IMG/VR virus record: IMGVR_UViG_3300000439_000022
Reading direction: 5' to 3' (one strand)
Source of the DNA: an uncultured virus (IMG/VR IMGVR_UViG_3300000439_000022)
Taxonomy: Duplodnaviria > Heunggongvirae > Uroviricota > Caudoviricetes
DNA: 64,000 nt
The notes under the pieces were generated by a model that saw nothing but the letters and a program-made list of their open reading frames with translations, was not told where the DNA came from and did not search any database. This document shows, in pieces, positions 30,720 to 40,586 of the stretch. Made by a program: the position numbers and the translations under genes. Numbering within the stretch: position 1 is the stretch's first letter; each line of letters begins with the position of its first letter.

Positions 30720-31742
30720 ATGGCATACGATAGCAAAGCTGATACACTCGAACATATTCGCAAAGTATCACAAAATTTAAACAATTTTTCAAAAGAATTA
30801 TTAGTAAGGGCTAATATTCATGATGAATCTAAGTTACATTCACCAGAAAAGGAATTATTCGATGAGTTAACTCCAAGACTGTCAAATATGACATATGGTT
30901 CAGATGAATATAAAGCCAGTCTTAAAGAATTAGAAGTGGCATTAGACCACCACTATGCTAATAACTCTCATCACCCACAATTTGTGGAGTTTAATGAATT
31001 GTGGATGGATATTTCTGGTTATGTTGGTATATATCAAATATCATCACGTGGTAGGGTTAAGCGATTATCAACAATAATCCATAGAGAATCACAAGGTGAT
31101 TTTATTGGTAAGGAAATGATAATGAAAGCACATGTAACACCAAAAGGTTATGCGAGAATTAGATTACAAACTAATAATATTGGTAAAAACTTTTTCATAC
31201 ATTCATTGGTTGCTAATGCTTTTCTACCATCACCACCAAATGATAGATATCAAGTTAATCATAAAAATGGCAGAAAGCTTGAAAATTACATTGAAAACCT
31301 GGAATGGTTAACACCATCAGAAAATTTACAACATGCCTATGATACTGGTTTAGCCACGCCAAATGTAAAATATGTTGTTCAATGTAATGAATTAGATTTT
31401 ATTACATTTGGTACTGAGAAAATGGAGAAGGAATTAATTTCTCGTGGGTATTTAAATGCTTCTTCGGCTGGTATTTGGAGATGTATAACATCTGACGATC
31501 CAACAAACACACATTTAGATCTAACATTTAAATCATGGAATATTGATGAATATCGAGAATTAAATAGCCCAGTAAGTGATATGACATTGCAAGATATTGT
31601 TGAAATGTATTGTGATTGGAAAGCGGCTATTGAAAGAACAAAAGATGGTGATTTTAATAAAAGTTTGGAAATTAACGAAAAGCGTTTCAGTATAAGTCCA
31701 CAATTAATTCAAATATTCAGAAACACATATGAAAGAGGTTAA
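30720..31742 (+). CDS. DUF5662-like HD-type protein with an in-frame NUMOD4-HNH insertion
   Basis: HIRKV/HDESK/HHY..NSHHP, then W.DI.GY.G.YQIS and VNHKNG...N...NLEW, then DIVEMYCDWKAA. Confidence 0.8.
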   Translation: MAYDSKADTLEHIRKVSQNLNNFSKELLVRANIHDESKLHSPEKELFDELTPRLSNMTYGSDEYKASLKELEVALDHHYANNSHHPQFVEFNELWMDISGYVGIYQISSRGRVKRLSTIIHRESQGDFIGKEMIMKAHVTPKGYARIRLQTNNIGKNFFIHSLVANAFLPSPPNDRYQVNHKNGRKLENYIENLEWLTPSENLQHAYDTGLATPNVKYVVQCNELDFITFGTEKMEKELISRGYLNASSAGIWRCITSDDPTNTHLDLTFKSWNIDEYRELNSPVSDMTLQDIVEMYCDWKAAIERTKDGDFNKSLEINEKRFSISPQLIQIFRNTYERG

Positions 31743-32235
31743 AGAGATAGAGCGTAGATTTCTTATGAAGAAATTACCATCATTTCCAGTACAATGGGAT
31801 AAAATTTATGGTATTAGTCAATATTATTTACATGATGGTGATTTAGTTAAGAGAGTTCGACAAAAAATTGATCTAACGGATTGGCCAAATAATGTCCATG
31901 AATCATATGAATATCTGCATAAAATACAGAAAGGAATTGGTGAATACGTTGAAATGCATGAGGATATCGATCAATTAAAATTCGAAGAATTAAGCAATAA
32001 AGTTTTTAAAGGCCTTTATAAACAAAGATATGTTCATTTTGCAAATGGTTTTCATTTTGAGTTCGATGAAATTGATGGTACAAACTTAACAATACTTGAA
32101 GTCGAGCTTGAGGATATCAATCAGGAAATTATTTTTCCACAAGAAATCAAAGATTTAATCATAATGGAGGTTACTGGTATCAAAGAATTAAGTAACTTTG
32201 CATTAGCAACAAAATTAGAACATGTCAATCAATAA
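31729..32235 (+). CDS. CYTH/triphosphate tunnel protein
   Basis: EIERRFL, K.R, EFD and LEVE motifs. Confidence 0.8.
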   Translation: MKEVKEIERRFLMKKLPSFPVQWDKIYGISQYYLHDGDLVKRVRQKIDLTDWPNNVHESYEYLHKIQKGIGEYVEMHEDIDQLKFEELSNKVFKGLYKQRYVHFANGFHFEFDEIDGTNLTILEVELEDINQEIIFPQEIKDLIIMEVTGIKELSNFALATKLEHVNQ

Positions 32236-32869
32236 TTTCGAAATAATAAATTCATTGTTAGATTTCAATATACCTAACACCATGTACCTGATACAAGTGC
32301 TCAAAAGAAGGAAGGATAATCGTGAGATGGAAACTGGTGTAAAGGTTGTTGATAACTACTATCTTTACAAACCAGACGATCTTTTGAAATTACAAGATCG
32401 TATCATAAATAATTGTAAAGATAAGAATGCTCGTGCTTATATCAATCTTAACAGATTAGATACAGAAAAGATTGCATTATACACAATGAAGATTATTACG
32501 GATTATATCATCAATCAACAATATGTTCAGGTTAAAAATGCTTATTCCATGGCCTGTGGTTCGCATCACTCTGAAGAAAACAAAAGGTGGATTGTTGATA
32601 TTGATTTGATTGATCCTGTTACCAAGGAGGTTATTCCTGATATGAGTGATAAATATAATGCCATTATTCATTTCATTAATAAAGAACATAATGAAATGAA
32701 TAACAAAAATCCTGGTGTTTCCTCTAAATGGAGATCGATAATTGCTGAGATACCTACTAAGCATGGTACGCATATCATAACAAATCCATTTAACCTGAAA
32801 TTATTTGGTGATAAATTTCCTGGTATTGATGTTAATAAAAACTCACCAACCATACTCTATATACCATGA
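32222..32869 (+). CDS. hypothetical protein, possible AEP/PrimPol-like fold
   Basis: WIVDID and TKHGTH motifs. Confidence 0.45.
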   Translation: MSINNFEIINSLLDFNIPNTMYLIQVLKRRKDNREMETGVKVVDNYYLYKPDDLLKLQDRIINNCKDKNARAYINLNRLDTEKIALYTMKIITDYIINQQYVQVKNAYSMACGSHHSEENKRWIVDIDLIDPVTKEVIPDMSDKYNAIIHFINKEHNEMNNKNPGVSSKWRSIIAEIPTKHGTHIITNPFNLKLFGDKFPGIDVNKNSPTILYIP

Positions 32870-33444
32870 TTACATTTCAGAATGAAACAAGTTTGGAAGA
32901 ACTGATAGTATTATGTAAAAAAAATGATTTAAAAGCTCAAAAAGCTTTGTATAATAGATACAATATCTTATTTGTATCATATATTGCAAAAAAATCAGAA
33001 TTTTATGATTATGCTGATGAAATTATAAATATAGCTTTCAACAAAATCTTTATGAAAATACATTTGTATAGCTATAAAGGTTCTTTTGAAGGTTTTATGA
33101 TACGCATTTTAAAAAATACTATATATGATTTCAGACAATCTAATAGTAAATTTTATGATAACACAGTTCAATTTTCTGATTATTCTCTTGAAGACGAAGA
33201 TAATGGGCGTGAAATAACTTTTAAACCCAAGATAGATAATGAATGTGATTCAAAATTAAATTATGACGCATTGATTAATACTATTCACAGTGTTTTGTCA
33301 GATAAAGAATTAATTGTATTTATGATGTTTTTCAATGGGTATTCACATAAAGATATAGCCGAGCGATTAGATATATGTGTTAATACCTCTAAATGGCATC
33401 TAAGCGAAGCGAGAATAAAATTAAAAAAGTATATTAAACGATGA
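32866..33444 (+). CDS. ECF-type RNA polymerase sigma factor
   Basis: AQKALY, GSFEG...RI..N and GYSHKDIAERL.I...TSK motifs. Confidence 0.85.
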   Translation: MITFQNETSLEELIVLCKKNDLKAQKALYNRYNILFVSYIAKKSEFYDYADEIINIAFNKIFMKIHLYSYKGSFEGFMIRILKNTIYDFRQSNSKFYDNTVQFSDYSLEDEDNGREITFKPKIDNECDSKLNYDALINTIHSVLSDKELIVFMMFFNGYSHKDIAERLDICVNTSKWHLSEARIKLKKYIKR

Positions 33445-33980
33445 AGACATTAATTGTCAATTTTTTTGGAGGGCCTGGCGCAGGTAAAAGTAAAATGGGT
33501 TTAAGATTAACCTCTGATATTAAAAATCTTGGATATTCTGTAGATTTTACTGGTGAGTATGCCAAAGATATGACTTGGCAAAAATCACATCATGTTTTAG
33601 CTAATCAAAATTATATCTTTGCCAAACAACAACATCGTATTTGGCGTTTGGAAAATCAAGTAGAAATTATCGTTAGTGATTCGCCACTTATCAATAGCGT
33701 AATCTATGGTAAAGATGATACTACTGACTTATTTAAGTATTATGTGCATGAGGAATTCTCAAAGAGAAATAACCTTAACATTAACCTTTTAAGGGGCATA
33801 CATTATGATCCAAAGGGAAGAAATCAAACTTTGGATGAAGCTATTCAACTTGATAACGAAATATTTGACGTTATGGTAAAAAATTATGGCGGATTTCATA
33901 AAACTATACCTGGAGAGTTGGAATATTCAGAAGAAATTCTTAATTTTGTAATCGAAGAATTTAAAAAATTGAATAAATGA
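33441..33980 (+). CDS. P-loop nucleotide kinase (NadR/AAA_28-like)
   Basis: GGPGAGKS, EYAK and DSPL motifs. Confidence 0.75.
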   Translation: MKTLIVNFFGGPGAGKSKMGLRLTSDIKNLGYSVDFTGEYAKDMTWQKSHHVLANQNYIFAKQQHRIWRLENQVEIIVSDSPLINSVIYGKDDTTDLFKYYVHEEFSKRNNLNINLLRGIHYDPKGRNQTLDEAIQLDNEIFDVMVKNYGGFHKTIPGELEYSEEILNFVIEEFKKLNK

Positions 33981-34331
33981 AAATAGTTGACAGATTATTA
34001 GCGGTTGCACCTCATAATGGGTTTATCGTTTATCAACCAGAAGATATATTATACATAATCCAAACGCTTACTGGTTTTCCACAACAAGAACAAGATGGAC
34101 ATCTTGAAGAACTTGATTTAGAAAATTACGGATTTGTTGAAATATCCGAAAATAAAATACATTTCTTTGGTGGTGGCGATTGGCAAAAACCAATGGAGGT
34201 TGTTCTTGAATTTATTGATAACAAATTTGTTTTCACAAAAGCAGAGATTATCACCAATATCGAAATATTATATGGAAAGCAACTCGATGATGATATTGTT
34301 TGTGAATTAATGGATTTACCACCACTGTAAT

Positions 34332-35075
34332 ATGAAAGCGTATCTATATAAAGCTGGTGACCAGATAGCTGATGATTATATACATTCAGCATATCTTGGA
34401 TTTTGTCAAAGAGGTATTGAAGTTGTATTTGTTGATGATCCAATGGAAGTACCCAGCATTAACTTAAATAAACAACCATCAGAACAACCAATATTTATTG
34501 GTTCAATTGAAGATACCAAAACGTATTTTAATAAATGCGGTATTGAGGTTCCTAAACCTTTGCATATACCTGAATGTTTAATAAAGTATTGTGATCGTGA
34601 AATAAAATTTACCACATTGGGTGAATTAAAAAGCGAAAGGAAAGTACCATTATTCATAAAATCGATTGATTTAAAACTATTCCCAAGTGGGGTGATAAGG
34701 AAAGAAAGTAGTTATGATACTCTTTTTTCATATCCTGATGATACAAAAATAATTACATCTGAAGTTGTAAATTTTAGTTCTGAATATCGTGTTTTCATTA
34801 ATAAGGGTCAGATTGTTGGTATCAAGAATTATACTGGCGATTGTACAAAATTCCCTTATCTAACTGATTTACCTAAGCTGATTAACGATTATGAAAATGC
34901 GCCAATATCATATACCATAGACTTAGGTATTATGGATGATAATGATCCATTCATATATACCTCTTTAATTGAATTAAATGATGGTTGGTCATTAGGTTCT
35001 TATGGTCTCGATCCTCAAATATACACAAGATTCTTGATGGATAGATGGTTCGAAATAATATATAATAAAAAATAA
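34332..35075 (+). CDS. ATP-grasp protein (DUF4343/R2K-like)
   Basis: FIKS, SEYRVF, D.G and IELND..S.G.YG motifs. Confidence 0.75.
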   Translation: MKAYLYKAGDQIADDYIHSAYLGFCQRGIEVVFVDDPMEVPSINLNKQPSEQPIFIGSIEDTKTYFNKCGIEVPKPLHIPECLIKYCDREIKFTTLGELKSERKVPLFIKSIDLKLFPSGVIRKESSYDTLFSYPDDTKIITSEVVNFSSEYRVFINKGQIVGIKNYTGDCTKFPYLTDLPKLINDYENAPISYTIDLGIMDDNDPFIYTSLIELNDGWSLGSYGLDPQIYTRFLMDRWFEIIYNKK

Positions 35076-35080
35076 AATAA

Positions 35081-35467
35081 ATGAAAAGATCGGCAGTTTG
35101 TTGCATCATAGTTGATGATGAGATTTTATTATTAGAAAGGCCACCAAAAGATAGGACTATTACAGGTTGGTGTTTGCCTGGTGGAAAAATTGAAAGTGGT
35201 GAAACTGAAATTGATGGTGCCATTAGAGAAACATTTGAGGAAACTGGTATTACAATAAAAGCACCAAAGTATGCTGGTGATTATATCTCAGCAAAAAAAC
35301 ATAATATCGTTAGTGTTTATTTTAAGGTTCTTGATAAAAAACCTGAGGTTACCATATCAGATGAACATTTATCATATCAATGGGTTAAACCAAAAGATCT
35401 TAATAATTATGATCTTGCAGGTAATACAGGAATGTTTATAAAAGCAATTTTTAGTAATTTAAAATAA
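35081..35467 (+). CDS. NUDIX hydrolase
   Basis: GGKIESGETEIDGAIRETFEETG Nudix box. Confidence 0.92.
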   Translation: MKRSAVCCIIVDDEILLLERPPKDRTITGWCLPGGKIESGETEIDGAIRETFEETGITIKAPKYAGDYISAKKHNIVSVYFKVLDKKPEVTISDEHLSYQWVKPKDLNNYDLAGNTGMFIKAIFSNLK

Positions 35468-35878
35468 TATAATATGAAGCATAAAATAAAAATCTGGTAT
35501 ACTACAGGTGATTCATTTGGTAGTCAAGATAGAGATGAAATCCTTGAAATGGGGTGGGATAATCTCGATATTGCTAAAGCTAATCTCAAACGTATTAAAG
35601 AACATTATATACGCTATAAGGTTGATAATGATTTTTATGGTAAAAAAGGTTATTATTATAAAAGTTTGTCACCAGAAGATAAATTAATCTATGATACCAA
35701 AAAAACAAGAGATTGGGATAATTATCACTATTCAATATGTTTAAAGGCAGATAATGGTAATGATTGGATTATCTCACCATTTTGGGTTGGCTATTTCGAA
35801 ACTTTAAATTCGGCACAAATCATATCAGATGATAATGATATGAGCATATCTTTTCAATAAAAAAAAATATAATATAGT

Positions 35879-36913
35879 ATGTCAGTAGTACAAATAAATA
35901 AAGTTTTTAAATTAATGGATATCACTGATACTTTTGATAAAGTACCAGTTGGTGTTTACACTTTGGATTATGAGCCAAGGAATAATGAATATTATTTAAC
36001 CAGGCAATCCGATTTTATTTTACCCTCAAAAATATATGGTACCAATACTGATATCATAAATCGTTTTAAAAAGTCTTATGAGGTAAACTCCGATAAGAAT
36101 ATGGGTATTATTCTTTCAGGTATAAAGGGTGGTGGTAAAACCATAACTGCTCAGAAGTTCTGTATTGAGATGAATAAACCAGTTATTCTTATCAACACAC
36201 CTTATGAAGGTTCGGATTTTATAAGCTTTTTGGTTAACCCAAAAATTGGTGAATGTATTATATTCATCGATGAATTTGAGAAGATATATAATCATGACCA
36301 TTATGAAAGCAGAAATAGTTCCAGGGATTTATTGGCGTTAATGGATGGTACATATCAAACAAAATTAATATTTCTATTAACAGTTAATACATATAATCTT
36401 GGTGATTATTTTGTCAACCGTCTTAATAGAATAAAATACCGTAAGGATTTCAATGACCTCGATACCGATACAATCACTGAGGTTATCAACGACATGTTGA
36501 TTAATAAAGACCATACCGAAAGCATACATGTGTTTTTCAAAATGATTAACATGTGTACATTTGACCTATTGGTTAACTTGATTAAGGAAATGAACCTATT
36601 CAATGAAGATGCGCTAACAGTTGGTAAATATTTGAATCTAAGGTCGGAGCCAAAGAAATACTTGGTTTATGAAGAATCTGGTGGTAAAGATTATAAATGT
36701 AGGGACATCCTAATGACCCCAAGTGATAAAGCATTAATCATAAGTAGGGAAGATACTAATTATTTACCTGACTCAATGGAAGATGATTATCATTTGACAG
36801 TAAAATTGTCTGATGCTGAAATTATCAAACTTGATAATGCATCTTTCATCCTAAAACATCATGATTTTAAGTTCAAATTTTTTGAGATTACGACAACAAA
36901 TTTATTTATTTAA
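35879..36913 (+). CDS. AAA+ ATPase
   Basis: GIKGGGKT, IFIDEFEK and LMDG motifs. Confidence 0.85.
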   Translation: MSVVQINKVFKLMDITDTFDKVPVGVYTLDYEPRNNEYYLTRQSDFILPSKIYGTNTDIINRFKKSYEVNSDKNMGIILSGIKGGGKTITAQKFCIEMNKPVILINTPYEGSDFISFLVNPKIGECIIFIDEFEKIYNHDHYESRNSSRDLLALMDGTYQTKLIFLLTVNTYNLGDYFVNRLNRIKYRKDFNDLDTDTITEVINDMLINKDHTESIHVFFKMINMCTFDLLVNLIKEMNLFNEDALTVGKYLNLRSEPKKYLVYEESGGKDYKCRDILMTPSDKALIISREDTNYLPDSMEDDYHLTVKLSDAEIIKLDNASFILKHHDFKFKFFEITTTNLFI

Positions 36914-36920
36914 AAATAAA

Positions 36921-36952
36921 TTTGGTTTTTAAAAAAAGAGTTTCTATATTTG
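36921..36952 (+). promoter_or_regulatory. Bacteroidota sigma70-type promoter
   Basis: TTTG-N20-TATATTTG. Confidence 0.7.
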
Positions 36953-36971
36953 TATTCTAAATTTAAATCTA

Positions 36972-37850
36972 ATGAAAAAAATAATCTTTATTGCATCCTT
37001 TTTAGGATTGTCACTCGGACTACATTCATGTGGTGAACCACAAGTTAGCGCACAAACTAACAATGTCACTATTAATCAGTCCCAACCAAGTAACATTGAT
37101 GTCCAAACCGCAAATGTGCCAGGTTTCGATGTAAATGAATTTGCCAATTTGTTGAAGAATACAAAGGATCCGCAAACAATAGAACAAGCAATCAACCAAT
37201 CAAACAACAAGATCAATAATCTTGATCTTAACAATGATGGTAACATCGACTATCTTAAAGTTGTCGAATCAGCCAATCATACACTCACCGTTGTTGACGA
37301 AACAAGTGCAACCAATTCTGTAACAGTTGCAACCCTAACTGTTAATCCCCAACAACAAACAATGCAAATTGCTGGTAATCAAGCATATTGCGGAAATACA
37401 TATATGTACACTTCTCACTACACTGTAGGTGATTGGTTATTCATGTCTTATTTCTTATATCCGCACCCATACTATGTACCAATGTACCACTGGGGTTACT
37501 ATCCTCGCTATTACCATCCATATCGTTCTTATTATGGTTATGGTTATTCTCGACCATATTACAGACAAACATATCGCACAACTAATGTTTACCACAATAC
37601 CTATAGGACATCTAACTATCGTAGCGGTAGCGGATATCGTCCAGCTTCATCTTATACCCCTCGTCAATCAATAAGTTCACCAACAACCTCACAACGTTCA
37701 TTCAGTGTGCGTAATACATCAGCCCCTGTTCGTAGTGGTGGTTTCGGAAGGTCTTCTTCAGGATTTTCATCGAGCAGGTCATCCTTTGGTGGTGGCAGGT
37801 CTTCATTCGGAGGTGGGCGTTCTTCATTTGGCGGTGGCCGTAGACGTTAA
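36972..37850 (+). CDS. lipoprotein with DxNxDG motif and Tyr/Arg/Ser/Gly low-complexity tail
   Basis: Lipobox LHSC; DLNNDGNID; RSGGFG; SSFGGGR x3. Confidence 0.75.
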   Translation: MKKIIFIASFLGLSLGLHSCGEPQVSAQTNNVTINQSQPSNIDVQTANVPGFDVNEFANLLKNTKDPQTIEQAINQSNNKINNLDLNNDGNIDYLKVVESANHTLTVVDETSATNSVTVATLTVNPQQQTMQIAGNQAYCGNTYMYTSHYTVGDWLFMSYFLYPHPYYVPMYHWGYYPRYYHPYRSYYGYGYSRPYYRQTYRTTNVYHNTYRTSNYRSGSGYRPASSYTPRQSISSPTTSQRSFSVRNTSAPVRSGGFGRSSSGFSSSRSSFGGGRSSFGGGRSSFGGGRRR

Positions 37851-38201
37851 AAATAAAAATATATGAAAAAAATTATTGTATTTGCAATTTCTTTTTGTAT
37901 GATTATATCATGTTCATCCACAAAAAAACATTTAAAAAATGTTCACAGAAATGAACTTGGTTGTTACCACAAAAAACATTAAAATGTTAAACTTCAAAAG
38001 CATTAAACAATCAAAAACGCTTAAAATAGCGTTGATAGCCTTAATAGTATTTGTAATACTTGGGTTCACAGATTTATCATTCATATTGATGAATATGGCT
38101 TCCACACCTGCCTTTATAATTGGTCACATTTTATTAATCATTTCTTTTGGTTTACCAATTGAATATGTTTATCACAAATATCTAAAGCGTAAAAATAAAT
38201 A

Positions 38202-39074
38202 ATGAAAAAGTTAACTTACGGAGTAGCTCTACTCCTTATATTGAGCACAAGTATTTCAATGGAATCTTGTACAAGAATTAGCCCAACAGAGGCTGGTTTT
38301 AAGATTAGCAATTCAGGTAACTATCGTGGTTTGGATAGTTTGCCATTATTAACTGGTTGGCAGTTCTTTTTCCCTGGCCAAAGCCAAATTATAACTATAC
38401 CAACAACCATGCAACATGAGGTATGGACTGATGCAAAAAATGAAGGTCAAGAAGGTCTTCAAGCTATTACAATTGCTTGTCAAGGTGGTGCTGGTTTCAG
38501 GGTTGATGTTGGTTTAAACTATCATGTTGATGCAACTAAAGCATCTCACATTTATCTTAAATGGAGAAATGATGATCTTGAATCAATTACAAATCAGTAT
38601 ATTAAGAACATTGTTCGTGGTTGTATGCAAGATGTATCAGGTCATATAACAGTTGATAGCATACTTACTAATTTACCAGCCTATGAACATGATGTAGCCA
38701 ACAACATTAGCAAAAAACTTGCAAACGATGGTTTCATTGTGGATGGTTTCAATATTACATCACAACCTCGCCCAACAGATGCAAACTTAGCGGCATCAAT
38801 CAATGCAAAGGTTAAAGCTAAACAAGATGCTGAAACATCGGTTATGCAATTGCAAATGTCTGTAGCTGAAGCAAATAAAAAGATTGCTGATGCTCGTGGT
38901 GATTCAGCTTCCAAGGTAATTACAGCCGCAGGTGAAGCCGCTGCTATTCGTTTGAAACAACAAGTTGTAACACCAACATATGTTGAGTATATCAAAGCAA
39001 GCACCTGGGATGGTAAACTACCTAATGTTATGACAGGTTCTGGTGGTACTATGTTAAATATCTCAGCAAAATAA
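38202..39074 (+). CDS. SPFH/band 7 domain protein
   Basis: Signal/lipobox, AEA-rich coiled coil, WDGKLP. Confidence 0.85.
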   Translation: MKKLTYGVALLLILSTSISMESCTRISPTEAGFKISNSGNYRGLDSLPLLTGWQFFFPGQSQIITIPTTMQHEVWTDAKNEGQEGLQAITIACQGGAGFRVDVGLNYHVDATKASHIYLKWRNDDLESITNQYIKNIVRGCMQDVSGHITVDSILTNLPAYEHDVANNISKKLANDGFIVDGFNITSQPRPTDANLAASINAKVKAKQDAETSVMQLQMSVAEANKKIADARGDSASKVITAAGEAAAIRLKQQVVTPTYVEYIKASTWDGKLPNVMTGSGGTMLNISAK

Positions 39075-39090
39075 ATTATTATAAAAAACA

Positions 39091-39486
39091 TGTTGAGTAA
39101 TTGTCCGAGTTGCGATGGCTACCTTAACGGTTCCACTTTCTAAACAGAGTAATCGGAAATGAAGTATCAGCAAATTATTAGACAGGACTGGGGAGCCTAT
39201 AATAGAGTAAGTACCAAGTCAAAAAAGTTTTATCAGGCGCAATTGAAGTTTCTTTTTTGGCGAATAGTTTAAAGATATTAACTCACATAGTGTAGAAGAT
39301 ACGATCAATAAATTGCACGTTCAGTAGTCAGTGAATCCTTAACAATACATATAGGGAGTATTGGACTGAAAAGTATAGGGTGGAGAATTGGGAACCCCTC
39401 GGTGAGTTATAATAGTTCCAGTTTAATCTTTAAAACTGGTGGTGGCACTTACGACCCAGAGTTACACTTCTCTTTAAAAAAGTGAA
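39091..39486 (+). ncRNA. candidate large structured non-coding RNA
   Basis: ORF-free, raised GC, many helices (TCCGA/TCGGA, TTCAGT/ACTGAA, CCAGTTT/AAACTGG, long-range TAACTCAC/GTGAGTTA). Confidence 0.6.
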
Positions 39487-39488
39487 AT

Positions 39489-39610
39489 AGTCAGGTGGCG
39501 GAATTGGTAGACGCATGTATGTTGGGTTACTGCAAGAATAACTTACCAACAACATTATACAACGCAGCAGTTTTTACTGAGTTATGATGGTTCGAATCCA
39601 TCCCTGACTA
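39489..39610 (+). tRNA. tRNA-like gene (Leu-type body) with oversized anticodon arm; CCA not encoded
   Basis: AGTCAGG/CCTGACT acceptor stem, GGCGGAATTGGTAGACGC D arm, GATGG-TTCGAAT-CCATC T arm, long variable arm; 122 nt. Confidence 0.8.
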
Positions 39611-39795
39611 CAAACTTCAATAGGAGTACCTGTTCAAGGGATTTCGAAGTCCCCCTATTGATTAAAAACTACTGATGTAAGTTACGTTTGGATTTGGATG
39701 ATTTTATTGATGTTATTTACGATTTTAAAAAATAATTGAATAAAACTTTGTTTATACTGAAATAATACGTACATTTGTAAAAAAAAATAAAAACT

Positions 39796-40560
39796 ATGTC
39801 AAATTTTATGATTGCATTAATTATTGTAGGTGGTATGCTTGCAATACTCGGAGTAAGTTTCAGAAAACGTCTTGCTCTAATTTTTAAGGCTAAAGCCAAC
39901 ACTATTGCCGATACACTGGAAAACCCAGTTGAGATGGCAGACCAGATCCTTCGTGAATTACGCACAAAGTTGCAACAAGGTATCGAAGGTGAAGCACAAA
40001 TCAAAGCTATGGTTCTTGGTCTTCGTGCTGATGAAGCAAAATTCAGAGCAAAGGCTGATGAATGGGAAACCAAAGCAAATGCATTGCTTGATAAAATGGA
40101 ACAACCTGGTGCTGATGTTGAGAATTTAACCAAATTGGCAGAAACAGCCGCAACTGAACACCAAAACGCATTAACACAGGCTGAAACTTATGCCAAAAAT
40201 GCCACAACTCAGGAAGCTAAATTGGCTAAACTTGATGCCACTATCAAGGAATTACGTAATACCATTACCAAGACCGAAACTGATGTTAAGATGCTTAAAT
40301 CTGAAAAGCAAATCGCCGATGCTTCTCTTACCATCAACAAAACAATGTCAAGTGTTGATACCGATGGTTTAATGCAGACAATGAAACGTATGCAAGAAAA
40401 GGTATCTCAAACAGCACTTACATCTGAAGCATATGCGGAAGTTAGCGACTCTACAATGAGTTCTGCACAAGAAATCGATAAAGTTCTTGGTTCAAGTTCT
40501 GGTTCTGATGCTCTTGCGGCATTAAAAAATAAAAGAAACGGATCAGTAAAAGCTAATTAA
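39796..40560 (+). CDS. PspA/IM30 family protein with N-terminal TM
   Basis: ENPVEM..Q, long coiled coil, C-terminal LAALK. Confidence 0.8.
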   Translation: MSNFMIALIIVGGMLAILGVSFRKRLALIFKAKANTIADTLENPVEMADQILRELRTKLQQGIEGEAQIKAMVLGLRADEAKFRAKADEWETKANALLDKMEQPGADVENLTKLAETAATEHQNALTQAETYAKNATTQEAKLAKLDATIKELRNTITKTETDVKMLKSEKQIADASLTINKTMSSVDTDGLMQTMKRMQEKVSQTALTSEAYAEVSDSTMSSAQEIDKVLGSSSGSDALAALKNKRNGSVKAN

Positions 40561-40586
40561 TACACAACAGTAAAAGCTAATTAATC

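Noticed and set aside
39091..39610. tmRNA partner for SmpB
   Set aside because: No alanyl G3-U70 acceptor stem, no typical tmRNA 5' end and no tag ORF recognised.
39611..39680. HDV-like (theta) ribozyme after the tRNA
   Set aside because: The nested double pseudoknot could not be built by eye.
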